From the human T2T-CHM13v2.0 reference genome, Homo sapiens, in NCBI RefSeq assembly GCF_009914755.1, contig NC_060941.1: a stretch of DNA of 64,000 nucleotides. One strand, given 5' to 3'. Shown here piece by piece: positions 1 through 37,214 of this stretch. The position numbers and the translations under genes were made by a program. The notes beneath the pieces were generated by a model. That model did no database searches, had not been told where the DNA came from, and saw nothing but the letters and a program-made list of their open reading frames with translations. Positions within the stretch are counted from its first letter, which is position 1. Every line of letters starts with the position of its first letter.

Positions 1-1149
1 GCAGCTAACCCATCGGCAAGCCCTGGAGGCTCTGCCTCCAAAATCCTGCCTATCCCATGTGCAAACGCCTCTCACCATGTCCACTGCTATTTGCAGTTCT
101 GTGTGTGTGGAAATACTTCCACAAATTTGGAATGAACAGGTCACAGCTGTGCCTGGAGGGAATGGCCAGGGAAATGTGCCCTCGCCTTGCTGTTCTATCC
201 AGGCCCACCCAGCTGAGGATGGGGGACCTGCCACCACTCTCCTGGCAGTTCCGGACTCCTGGGAACCGGCAGGTGAGGACCCAAGAGTGTTTTCAGTGAC
301 CCGGCTGACCTGGTCATCCGTCAGTCCCACCTTGGCCTAGGCCTCTATACAGCACAGATCACAGCTCATTCCATCCTGGCATTACACTGGCCTGTGCCCT
401 GTCCTCAGGGTCACATCCGTCTCCCAGAAGCCGTGCAACCCTGGAAAACCCAGGTCTAACAGTCAGGTTCCTCCTCCGTGCATTAACAATGGAGTTGACG
501 CCTGCTTTGCGGCACGCTGGGAGGGGAGAGGGAGGTGTATGCTGGAGAGCTCCCCAGGGGCAAGGCCTGGCTCTGCGTCACCCACTGTCAGATCCTGAGA
601 GCCTGGGGCTGGCCCAGCACGTGGCCACCGTTCCCTAAGAGTTGGATTTCATCCCTCAGTGCTGAAGGCAGGGGATAGAGCTTAGACAGACCCCCTGCGT
701 CCTGTCTTCTTTATCTACAGCTTTCTCATCCTTGCCCCTTTCACGTGCACCCGGCAGAGCAGGTGTTCACTGAGCTTGAGCAAAATTCAAGCTAGAGCAG
801 CTGATGGATCTTGAGGCCTAGATTCACTGTCAAAGTGTTTCTCAAACGGTGCTCTCCAGAACACCAAGGAAAACTCATTGACTGTGTAAGTCTGAAAATC
901 CCTGCCCACCGGTCTACCTTTGTGTATGAGCAATCAGCTCTACCATTCAGCCCAGGTGTGTGTTTGCTGGACCATGTGGAGGAAGCTGAAGAGACGTGAG
1001 CTGAAGGCAGAGGGTGAGTCCAAGGTGGGATCTTGGGACAGGTACGAGAAGTTAGGCAAAAATGGGATAATTCTAGCCTTCATAACCTTAGATAATAGTT
1101 CACATTATTATTTAGTTAATAGAACTGTACCCACATTAAATTTCTTAAA

Positions 1150-1448
<299 letters not shown>

Positions 1449-1578
1449 TAAATTTCTTATGTGCCATGGGACTGCAAAACATCATTATTAGGGGCAGCTG
1501 GATGGAAGGTATAGGAGGATACTATAGTGCCTTTTCAATATTTCTGTCTAAAATCTAAAATCATTTCAACAGGAAACA

Positions 1579-1584
1579 TTTATT
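1579..1584 (-). terminator. TBC1D3 polyadenylation signal AATAAA
   Basis: tttatt on plus strand about 290 nt downstream of the canonical stop. Confidence 0.75.
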
Positions 1585-1875
1585 TCAAAACATGAAGGTG
1601 GTTATCCTTCCATGAGTTTGAAGTACAAAGGCAGGCTCACGGTGTCGTCAGAATTCAGAACGATGGTCGTGGGGCTGGGGGTGCTGGGAGGGGCTGGGCA
1701 TGGTTGGCTTTGTGATCTGGGGTCTGGTGTGTTCCATCTCTGAATCTCTCTCGAGCTGCACTCTTTCTTAATACATTTTCATAAGTTTAACCAAAAATAA
1801 AACGAGGATGCGAAGCTTGCTTGGGTTGTTAAGCCTAGGGAAATTATCCAGCCATGAGCCCTGGCCCAGATGCTT

Positions 1876-10906
<9,031 letters not shown>

Positions 10907-12335
10907 CCTGTGAGACAGAATTGTCTAAAGGTCACACTGTACGCGGCGGCTTCGGAGAACACCTGAACCGCTCTCGCCGGGCTCCCAGATGCTGGCTGGC
11001 TGCGTAACCCCCATTCCACCGCCGCCCCCAGGGAAAAAGGGGCCAGACCCAGTGGCCCACAGCTGCTCCAGTCTCTGGAGTCTCAAGTCCCAAGCAGGGG
11101 TGGGCATCTTCCCAAGGACTTGAGTACAGTGGGACCTAGACAGAGAATCCTGTTGTCCCCCAATGCCATGAAATGGGGACACACCGGCCCCAGCAGGTTG
11201 AATGGTTTCCACCTGCCAAGGGTGAAGGGCCCATGATGGGCTATTCCAGGGATGTGGAGGCAGACTGGGGTCAGCGACCAGAGGTCTCTGTGCAATCGGC
11301 CTCCTGGGATGCTCAGGGCCTCAGCGATGCCCAGTTTCCTACAGAGAACAAGATCTCTCCCGACTGCTCGGTTCTACTCCGCTCATCACTTTGGCTACCG
11401 TGGCTCTTCAGTCTGAACAGTGAAGCCACTTTAGGAATAACGCCTGTTGAGCAGGAGGGTGTTGGGTTTGGGGGATGAGAAAGATCTATTGTACGCATGG
11501 AAACCACGTCTCTCGCGGAGGGACTGTGGAGTCCACCATTCTGAGCCGTCCCAACAGGAGGAGGCTTCATTTTCCTGGGTCACTGAGGAAGAACAGTGGG
11601 TCCTTGGTCCTGGAGAACAGCTGGATGGACCGTCCCTCCTGGGAATACTCGAGGCAAAAGGAGGGCGAGGCCTCAAGAGGACCACGCAGAGCAAGAAATA
11701 CCTGGGGAGAACCCTAGTGCCCGGACCCCTTTGAACACAAGGGAAGATAGTCTCCCCTCAGCCAGCCCTCCAGGGCTCCTTCATTTTCCACAGCTGCCCA
11801 AGGGCAGCAGGCTCCCCCGGACAAGGGACCATGTGTGTTCAGTGGGGCCCACAGCGACCATCAGGACCCAGCTTAGGGCACAGAGGTGTTCTGAGGACCG
11901 TCAGTGGATCTGTACCAGTGGCTCTATACCAGTGGCTCTGCCAGGACCAGGCTCTGCCCCATCGGGATGGGAAACCTGGGCAGATTTGGGATCTAGGGCA
12001 GGGAGGTCACAGGGTTCAGGCCTGAATTCCAGCACAGCACACGGCAGGGCTGAGAGCAAAACTCAGGGTCATGTCCGGATTCCCAGGCCGGTTACTGCCT
12101 CTCTGACCCCAGACGTCTCATCTGTCGAATGGGGACATTTGGGAACAGCACCCACTCTACGAAGCCACCATGGAGACGAAAGAGCCAATCGTCTACACGG
12201 GCAGTGTAGAACGGGCGCCTGGTGAGTGCTCAGGGATGACCCTCCTCGGTAGCTGCCCCACAGAGGCCAACACCGCCCGCACCGTAGCCACTGCCCCCAA
12301 GTCCGCCTGGAGGGAAGAGAGCAGGTCACGCTCAC

Positions 12336-12480
12336 CTGATTCTGATGAATCAGCTGGCCTGGGTCATGCCTCTCAGGGAGAAAACCTTTGAGTCCACAGA
12401 GCTGCTCACAGATACCACTGCCTGTGTGTAACTGCTGTAGACCACTGAGGCAGACCAGAGAGCAGATAGGTGCTAAGCAC
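12336..12480 (-). other. TBC1D3: TBC1D3 non-coding exon 1 (5' UTR); 5' end approximate
   Basis: Ends ...CATCAGAATCAG|GTGAGC (GT at 12335-12334). Joins acceptor CAG|G-ATG at 10907 to give the recalled mRNA ...AGAATCAGGATGGACGTGG. Confidence 0.8.
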
Positions 12481-13267
12481 CAGTGACATTCTGAGGTCAT
12501 GGCACGAATCACAGTGGGGCCTTGCCCGGGTCAGCAGTGCCCAGAGTCAGGGTCCTCCGCTGCCTGAGGCGTCAACATGCCTGCCTGCAATGTGTTTGTG
12601 CACGTGCGTGGACATGTGTATGTGGGTATACACATCTGTGCACGTGTGTGCTGCTTCTCTGGCCAGGCCCGGCTGCCCCACTCATGTGTGCACCCAGTTC
12701 CTCATCACTGTCACCCCCGAGGCCCAGGGCCAGCATCAGAGCATCCATGGCTGCTCCCTAACCTCAGCCCTCCCCGCCCAGGGTGGTCCTGGGATACACA
12801 TAGCGGTGGAGGGAAGTGACTGCTGCTGTTGGATCTCAGAATACAAAAGCTAGTACTATTACCTAATGGTCTTTTTAGTGTCTCTAATGGTATCGCTTTT
12901 TCATTTCTGATATTTTAACTGGGTATTTCTCTCCATGACCCTTGGATATTCTAGCTAGAGGATCCTGTGGGGAAAGTGCCGGGCACACAGTAGGGGCTCA
13001 CTCTTCTAGACATGTTATCTAAAACCTGGTTCATCTGTCCTTCCACACAGGGCCTAGGGGATGCCAAATTCCAGGGGCCAGAAAGAGCTTGGGATAAAAA
13101 GAAACTTCAAGGGGACGGCTTTGACCTGGGCTGAGTCTGCCTGTGCCATCCAACTGGAGTCTCAAGTCCTGAGGCAGGACGTCCAGATGCCCCAGTGCAG
13201 GGTCCTCCTGATCAACACCTGCTCCCCTGTACTCATTAGCAACCTCACCCACCCTACTCTCAAAGCA

Positions 13268-13607
13268 CACTTGGCTCTCGTATCCAGGAGCTCTGCATCT
13301 GTAGATTCAGCAACAGCAGATGGAAAATATTCAGAAAATAAATTGGACGGTTATGTTTCTATTGAACATGTGCAGAGTTTGTTCTTGTCATTATTCCCTA
13401 AAGAATCCAGTATCACGACCATTTATGTAGCATCTGCATTGTATTACACATCATGAATAATCCAGAGATGGTCTAATGTCTACGGGAGGATGTGCATAGC
13501 TGATATGTAAATACTAGGCCATGTTATGTCAGAGACTTGAGGATCCATGGATTTTGGCATCCCCGGGGACCCTAGAACTAATCCATGGATACCAAGGGAT
13601 GACTGTA
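13268..13607 (-). mobile_element. MER2-type TcMar-Tigger DNA transposon (MITE)
   Basis: Ends ...ggataccaagggatgactgTA, with an inverted counterpart cacttggctctcgtatcc; internal sequence matches recalled MER2. Confidence 0.8.
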
Positions 13608-14055
13608 TAAACTCACTCAGGAAGGCTTCTCATTGGAGGAAGGTCCCAGTTCAGGACACACAGGGACATCTCCCTGGACTACTGTCCATTCATCCATCCA
13701 TTCATCCATTGTCTCCCCCCACCCCCCCATCTCGGACTGTCCCAGTGACAGCCCTAGCAAGAAGAGACAAGAAACAAGTTCACGTTGTCCAGTTTTGAGG
13801 TAATGGAAGAAGTTGCACCAGTATGAGAATAGTGGGTCAGTTTTCTACAGGATGCAGAAAGCATATCGGGCAGCCTCGGGGTGCGGAAAGGAGCCTGGCC
13901 TCTCTAGCAGCCACACAGGCCTGCAGTAGGATGGGGCTGTGGCTGGCCATGTGGATCACTTGGGCCTCATGAGGGGAAAGGAAATACCAGGGGGGCAGAA
14001 GAGGAGCATGGGGGCAGCTGGTTGCCTAAGGAGAAGGCACCTCAGGGAAGGGGAC

Positions 14056-15093
<1,038 letters not shown>

Positions 15094-17639
15094 TAGCCTG
15101 TGTCTGTTCTTTAAAATTGTTTTGTTTTCCTTACTCTCAGATTCTTCTTGCTGCTTATTGTGCCTTGTTGCTGCCTGTTGTGCAATTTCTTCCCTCTTGT
15201 ATTTTACTGAACTTCATCTGAAGAAGCCTTAGTAGCCAGATAAACAAGCTTGTTTGGGCTAAAAAATCAATTGCTGTGTGAGAGTTTGTTGGATTCTCTT
15301 CTGAGTAAAGGGTATGTGTTTTATTGTACGGACTTTGTATCACCTATTTTGGCTTTTCATCCAGGCCTTTTTTTTTTTCTTTCTTTTTAGCTTCCTGGTT
15401 CTAGATACAACTGATACTCTGATACAACCTGGGTAAATGTGGTCTTGAGTAGTAAATTATCTGTGAAGCTTCTCCGAACTTTGCCACATAAATGAGCCTG
15501 CTCTTGTTGTGAAGTAAATCTTACTCTAATCTGTATGTGAGTCAGTGGGAAATAACTGAGCCTTCGGATGGCTTTTGTTGTTAACTGAGATTAGTTCTCT
15601 AGATTTTAGTGATTTTGTTTTGAACACCATACAAGTATGTGGTTCTTGGTTTATTTGGTCACTTGTAATCTCTTTAAAATTTTATTTTAAATTAGGAAGT
15701 ATTTTAGAAATACAAGAAAGTCACACACTATGAGATTAAACAGATGTTAACATTTTGCCCCATTTTCATCAGACTGTGCATGCTTTTTTTGGGGGGGAAT
15801 AAAATGTCACAGATACCACTAAAGCCCGTTTCCATCTCGTCCCACCCTGCCTCTAGAAGTAACTTCTTTCTTCAGGTAGGTGCGTATTATTCCTTTTTAT
15901 TCCTACGTATAGTTTAAAACTTTAATTGCATATTAGTAGCCACAAACATCACATACCAATATTCTGTGCCTTTTGCATTTTTACATTAATGGTAATTATT
16001 TTTGACCTTCTGCAAATGGCTCTTTTCAGTGTTTCTTGTTAGAAAACTTGGCTCAACTTGAGTTTACTAATTATCTGCTTCTTCTTGTCTTTAGCTATTA
16101 TAGAACTGTTCCACCAAGGCAACAATTATTGCTATTTTAATGGTGAAATCAGTTTTATTAGGCAAATTGACTCAGGCTTCAGACTGGCATTTGGAATTGT
16201 CACACTGGAGATTTTCTTTTACTGAAGTCTCAGGACATTGACAATCAGAAAAAAACCCTCTTGAGTCTTACTATCGTACATGTAAGATATGTTCCTGAGT
16301 GACTATAGTAAAGACTCATTCAGGAAAATGTTATCTCCGATTTCTGCCTCCCTAGCTCATAGGAAACTTCCATTGTAAAGTTGTTACCAGGCGTCAAGCT
16401 GCCTCTTTGGTACAGCCCTTACTTAGTATTTGGCTCAGTTGAAGTGCAGTCTATATAGGAGGCCAAGAAGACTTAATCCTGGGTTTGAAACAAAGCAAGG
16501 ATACACTAACATTCTATCCTTTAATAACATCAAGTAGAAAAATTGAAAATGAGCTTGTTATCAGTGCACTTTTATATGCCAACCTTGTTTCACTTGTGTT
16601 TTAAACTGGGAAACTGAAGATTTTAATGCTGAAATTTCTTTGAATTATTACCTGTTTTTTTGATAGTGGAACACACAGCTAATATTTACTAATATGAAGG
16701 TGTCAAAGGTGAGAAATCATGTACTACACCATCAGGTCAGCACTACTGTTTGGAAGAGCAGCATCACAAAGAGCAGTGTTATACTGCGTTGTAGTCAGCA
16801 CATACACTTATGTCCAGACAGATATTTTAAATTACCTTCTTGGGGTAGTACACATATGCTGATATCCAAAGTGCCATATAATACAATACATAGTTTTTAA
16901 ACTTCATATCATTCTGATCAGAAGCTTTATAAACTGTTAGGTGAATGCTGTTAGATGATATGAGAGCACAATTTAACCTGTGTGTGTGTATATGTATGTC
17001 TTAACATCTATTAAGTGATGACTACATATGAGGCACTAAGTGCTAAAACAGAGACTTTACATAGATTATCCCATTATTGGTCAACTTTTTAAATAAGTGC
17101 ATCTCTAATATAAGACAAGATGCTGACCAATTTTTAAAATGTGAATGGATTTCTATTTTTAAGATAAGTACCTTTGTTCCTTTGGTTCCTCCCTCCCACC
17201 CTTCCAGAAATGGTAGTATCCTGGAAAAAAAAAATTAGTAGCAATTCAAGAAACAGCTTAATTCATTAGTATAAATAGATGAGTTTCCCCTAAACACAGG
17301 AGGAGTTGGAAGGTACTTGAAATTGGATGTTGTGCATGGTGCCTTTCCAAAATGCACAAATACTTTCTCTCAAATGGTTGCAGTAGTAATGTGCTGTGTG
17401 ATTTGGCATGTATAATGTTGTACAGGTATCTTGACATTGGTGGATTAACTGCTTGGCTACTGTGAAATTCACTGTAGATGTTGATGGATGAAAGTGTGGT
17501 TGCCTAGGTAATGATTAAGACCAGTAACTAAACCACAGTTATTATTTTGCTGGCATAAACTTCAAACTCAGAAAGGTTTTTATTCATTTTACCCATTGGA
17601 GCATACCCCAGTAAGTGCTTCATTTCTTTGTGTTTCTGA

Positions 17640-17934
<295 letters not shown>

Positions 17935-18458
17935 ATGTTTCTGAATTTTTAAGTCAACTTCTGAATAGGCAAAGAATTCTTTTTGTTTTTTTGTTCAACT
18001 TTAGTGCTATAAATCGCCAGTTGGACACAAAGGTTTTAGTGCTATTTAGGTATGTTTTGGTGAAATAGTGTGAAGGAATATTGCTGCTTAAAAGATAAGC
18101 CATTCATTAAATGACGTCTTTGTTTTGAAACATGAAGACTTATGAGAAGCATTTTTTTTGTAAGCCAAAGTAGTTTCACTTTATGTGTTACAGATTTTGA
18201 ATAGCTCATTATAGACTTTGCAATTTACTGTCTCTCATTTAGGCAGGTAATTTTAGTTGCCAGCTAATCATGTTTAAATATGTATTGGTTATTAATAAAT
18301 GATTACCCGTATACAGGTCTTTCATGCAGATATCGTACTACTCTGATGTTCTTACCTAGTTTTGTGGTATGTTCAGTTGTCTAAGAGCATTGTTGATCTG
18401 CACACAGATTTTGTTTGGTCTATACAGTGTTTCTGAAAACTTGAATTAGTTACCATTA

Positions 18459-18908
<450 letters not shown>

Positions 18909-19109
18909 TTAAGGGGTTGTGCACAGCTTCCACATGGCTTGCTACACTTACCTGCCTCAGGAAGCATTTCTTTGTGATTTAGGGCATCTGTGTTTTTGTT
19001 ATTTTAGATTTAGAACATTCAAATGTCTGGAAATGAATTTGAAGTTTTGTTTAAAACAAAACAAGTTTTGTTTTAAGCAAGGTTATGACTAAATTGAAAA
19101 ATGCACAAG

Positions 19110-19409
19110 AGGCCAGGCGTGGTGGCTGACGTCTGTAATCTCAGCACTTTGGGAGGCTGAGACGGGCGAATCACGAGGTCAGGAGTTTGAGACCAGCCTG
19201 ACCAACAAGGTGAAACCCCATCTCTACTAAAAATACAAAAATTAGATGGGTGTGGTGTTGCACACCTGTAATCCCAGCTACTCAGGAGGCTGAGGCAGGA
19301 GAATCACTTGAACCTAGGAGATGGAGGTTGCAGTGAGCCAAGATCGCATCATTGCACTCCAGCCTGGGTGAGAGAGCGAGACTCCATCTCAAAAAAAAAA
19401 AAAAAAAAG
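19110..19409 (+). mobile_element. Alu
   Basis: Alu consensus; TSD gaaaaatgcacaagag. Confidence 0.92.
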
Positions 19410-19568
19410 AAAAATGCACAAGAGTGTTAAACAAGCAGTTCACAGTGGAAAAACTTAATGGCGCGTGCACACACACACACACACACACACGAGAAAAGAT
19501 GCATAGTAACCAATGTTATTAGTAATCAGGGAAATTCTGATTAAACCAATGGACTATCAGTACAAAAA

Positions 19569-22080
<2,512 letters not shown>

Positions 22081-22121
22081 TAGGCTATTTCTGACACTGT
22101 TGATTTTCCTTTTCCCCTTAG

Positions 22122-22206
22122 GTGAGGCAGGCGACTAATCAGATTGTGATGAATTGTGCTGATATTGATATTATTACAGCTTCATATGCACCAGAAGGAG
22201 ATGAAG
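22122..22206 (+). pseudogene. NPEPPS-like exon 2 (VRQATNQIVMNCADIDIITASYAPEGDE)
   Basis: pyrimidine tract + TTAG|, G|GTAAGA; 85 nt. Confidence 0.95.
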
Positions 22207-22255
22207 GTAAGAGCTGTTTTCCATTTTAATTTGCTGTCTGCATGTGCATATGTGG

Positions 22256-22256
22256 G

Positions 22257-22296
<40 letters not shown>
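22256..22296 (+). repeat. (TG)n(GA)n microsatellite
   Basis: Direct inspection. Confidence 0.95.
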
Positions 22297-22304
22297 CATT
22301 TTCA

Positions 22305-22684
<380 letters not shown>

Positions 22685-22731
22685 CTAACAGTATTGTGAA
22701 ATAAATGTCACAATTTATTTTACTTTTAAAT

Positions 22732-24187
<1,456 letters not shown>

Positions 24188-24261
24188 TGATTTCACCTAG
24201 ACATTCCTTGTCAAAATGGTTATTGGTTACTCTGAGACTTCTTTAATAAAAAATAATTTAA

Positions 24262-24659
<398 letters not shown>

Positions 24660-25099
24660 TTAAGGCCTCATAACATTTATGATTTTTTCTTAAACTATTT
24701 TGTCTATAGAAAGTCAAAGTAGTAGCAGTTGAACATACTGTTCCGAAGAAGTACTTAAGTTCAATTGATTGTAAATTAGATCAAACTGCTGGAAGAACAG
24801 ATTCTTCAAATGGACTTGAATGAGTGCCACTTTTAAAAAATTGTCTGGTAAATGAAAGAGTGATTATTTAATTTCTTTAACTGTGGAGAAAAATAGAAGT
24901 ACTTTAGCCAGGTATATCAAAGCAACAAGGCTTTCTTTGTTGCAGGTAGAGAATGTTTAAATTCGATGTGTGGTTTTAAAGTGGTATGTAGATAGGTAGA
25001 TCTAGTAATATAAATGTGTACCTTCCAGCTGGCATGGTTTCAGCTCAAGTTTGTTTTTTATCTTCCTGTACTAAAAATGTCGGGATAGAATTCAGGTGA

Positions 25100-28859
<3,760 letters not shown>

Positions 28860-29339
28860 TAAACAACCCTTAAGTATCATTAGTTCAAACTGGAGCCAAA
28901 TAAATGTCAGCATTAGAAGGAGCAAGTGATAGTTAGCCAGCCCCTTTATTCCTTTTTAGTGCAAATCAGAGATAAAGAACATGAAGTTTGCAGTGTATTT
29001 GCATTCTTTCATTTTTACATTTGTTGGTTTTGAATAATATTGAGGGGCTGTCTGATAAAGAACCTGTGTAGGTTTCCATATGGCTATATACAAAGTATAT
29101 GAGCGTAGAATAGTTTTAAATTTTGTCTTAGTTATACTTGGTAAGTTTTAAAACGTTATTTAAATAGCCTTAAGGTGATATGGATTGCTTTAGTGACTGC
29201 TGTTTTAGGAATTTAGTTGGCTTATTGCTGACTATAGAGGGAACGTTTTATCTTCTTTTTAACCTCCAGTTCAGGTTAGGTGCCTAACCAAGTGAAACAT
29301 TTTTCATAATATAATGTTTAATAGTGATAATTATAAAAA

Positions 29340-29520
29340 TAATGATGAGTTTAGTGTTTACTCTATACCAGGCACTAAGTGCATTACCTGTTCATATAGA
29401 GAACAACCGTAGGCACAGAGAGGGTATCTACTTTAGGTAATAAAACTGATAAATGTTAGAGCCAGGATTCAAACCCAGGCGGTTTGGATCTAGGGTCCAT
29501 GTACTTGCCACTCTATTGCT
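29340..29520 (-). mobile_element. MIR fragment
   Basis: ccaggcactaagtgc...agagccaggattcaaacccaggcggtttggatc. Confidence 0.65.
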
Positions 29521-29528
29521 TGTCATTA

Positions 29529-29936
<408 letters not shown>

Positions 29937-30038
29937 TCATTTGTGGTTTTCCCTGGTATCTGACATATAGTAGGGATTTAATAAATATACATTGAATGAA
30001 ACGAAGAAAATCTAGATAAATGGAGTAAGTCTGTCATA

Positions 30039-33215
<3,177 letters not shown>

Positions 33216-33245
33216 CTACTTTGCAGATTTAAAAAAACTTCTTTA

Positions 33246-33345
33246 GGCTGGTCCCAGTGCAGTGGTGTTTATAACTCATCAATCATAGCCAGTTACAGAT
33301 TTCTTTATTCCTCCTTCACTCCCACTGCTTCACTTGACTGCCCTT
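33246..33345 (+). ncRNA. Y RNA (hY3/RNY3-derived) retropseudogene with A-rich tail to ~33366
   Basis: GGCTGGTCCCAGTGCAGTGGTGTTTATAACT...CCCACTGCTTCACTTGACT matches recalled hY3 with scattered mismatches; followed by poly(A). Confidence 0.9.
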
Positions 33346-33632
33346 AAAAAAAAACAAAAAACAAACAGAAGTCTTGAGATGGATGTTTGGCTTATTACTT
33401 TTCAGTCCTTCTTTCTATTATATTCATTTAAATATAAATTTTAATCCTAAAAATGTACTGCTTTTAGCTGCAGCCCACACTTTTTTTGGTTTGTTTGTTT
33501 TGGGGGAAATTCTCCAGGCAGTAGTTATGGCTGTTGTTGCTTGCTGCTGCTGCTTTCCTATTTTTGTTGATAGCTTTGTGAGAGTACCTGTAATGTTGAC
33601 ATACTATAAAGGGTACATCTTAAAATATGTAA

Positions 33633-35172
<1,540 letters not shown>

Positions 35173-37214
35173 TGTTTTTTCTTATTACATATTTTTGTTC
35201 TAGAATTAATTTTTCCAGATTTGCTTGTTTTCTTTGTTTTGCTTGGTTTTGGGTTTTTTTGGGGGTTTTGTTTGTTTGTTTGTTTTTTTAAAGTAACTTC
35301 GCGTTACTTGCCAAATTTTTCAGGATTGGGATTTTATATTTTTGAACATAGTAAGCAGGTATATGAATAGTTTGCTAGTATCTAGGGGAGCTTTGTTTTG
35401 TTCCCCGTTGGTTACTAATACTTAAGGTTCATCTTTTTCCAGTGTCTGGGCTTCAGATGTTCAGAAGTTTAATCACATTCCACTTGTGGACTGCTTTTCT
35501 TCTTGTTCATCTTTCCTGGTAGGATATCACTTTTTTGGTTTCAAGCCCAAAGGAGGGGGTCATTTACTCAAGCTTCTTGTCTTGTCTTGTCTTGTCTCTT
35601 CTAATAGAGATAGAGTCTCACTGTGCTACCTAGATAGACTATGTTACTTAAACTCCTGGGCTTAAGCAGTCCTTCCACCTCGCCTCCCAAAATGCTGGGA
35701 TTACAGACACAGTGCCCACCCAGCCACAAAGCCCCCAGTGTTGATGGGCCCTGGATTTCCACTTTTGTCCCTGGGGCCTATAGCCTCAGCTTCCAAATCT
35801 GCTACATCTCTGCTAGATCAGCAAATGACCCCAGAGCAAAAGTGGCCTAGAATGCAAAGCTTCCTCTTTATGGAATTTCATCCTCTTCTTCATCTTGATC
35901 ACCTTATCTTGTTCTATGATTCTTTTAAGGAGAAGTTTTCCCTTCCTTCCAGCTTTTTTAGTTTTGTGGGTGTCAAGTAGGAGAGAGATAATTAGTTTGA
36001 ATTATATACTCCTCTATTACCCAAATATAAAATCCTTTAAAAAAAAAAAAGATAAACTGAGACCTAGACAAATTAAGTAACCGTGTAAGACCACATAATC
36101 AATGGAAATCCTGGTCCAGAATCCTGAGTGATTTTAATGAAATAGTTCACAGTCATTTATTAAGAGCAGAGGCACCCTAGAAGGAATTTTTTGATTCTGT
36201 TGAACCAGATTTATATTTGGCACATGCTCATTCTTTTTAGACTTTTTAGATAGCCTAATAGGATAGAACCATCACTATGTTATATAAATGTGAAATCCAT
36301 TTGAAAATATGGGACCTGTCAGTATAGGTACTGCTTGAACTGTAACTATGCATATATCTGATTGGCTTTTATGCCCTACGGTGAGAAGGAGGTCACCTTG
36401 AAGCTTTGCAAAGTAAGTTCTTGGTTCCATTTTTCACTTGAATCCCCCTTGGATATCCTCCAGAATGATGTGTTTTCTTTCCCATTGCAACATTATTTTC
36501 AGCTTTGTGGAGAAACAAAGTATGTTCCAAGTAGCAGGTAGTCACTGTAGGCCTTCTTTGAACTGTGAACTTTATTTTTTTGCACCTGAACTGCTTTCTA
36601 AAACCACATAAACAATATGATAGGGAAGTTGCTATCTGAATAAAAAAACAAAATAAAACCTCACAATGTGTTTGATCTAGTACTGAGCTACACTGGTATA
36701 TGTGGGCTATATAGAATTATGTGGTTTAGATTACTTGTTTAAGTATAGCAGTGGCTTGGAGGAAAATACATTCTGAGTTTCAAATAGATAATTTGTAAAG
36801 GAAAATTTGAAGTACAGTTGACTTGGCACTTCTGATATTGAAATTTTAGAAGATTTTATTTCTGTATCTCAATGTAATGCCTAGGCAGAATCCACTAGAT
36901 GCTTGTATAGATGGTATAAGCAATAATGATTTCAGCTATTTTAAAAAATTTCAATCTTTTTTTAATGTTGCCTCTTGAAATACCATCTTGTACTTCTCAT
37001 TTTCCCTATACCTCCTTTTATGTGATTAAGTTTTATTATGTATAGACATAAAGGGGGCCTGGCACAGTGGCTCATGCCTGCAATCCCAGCATTTTGGGAG
37101 GCCAAGGCACAAGGATTGCTTGAGCCCAGGAGTTCAAGACAAGCCTACGCAATGCAGTGAGACCCTGTCTCAAACAAAAAAAAAAAAAAAAAAAAAAAAA
37201 AGGTTGGGGAGGGT

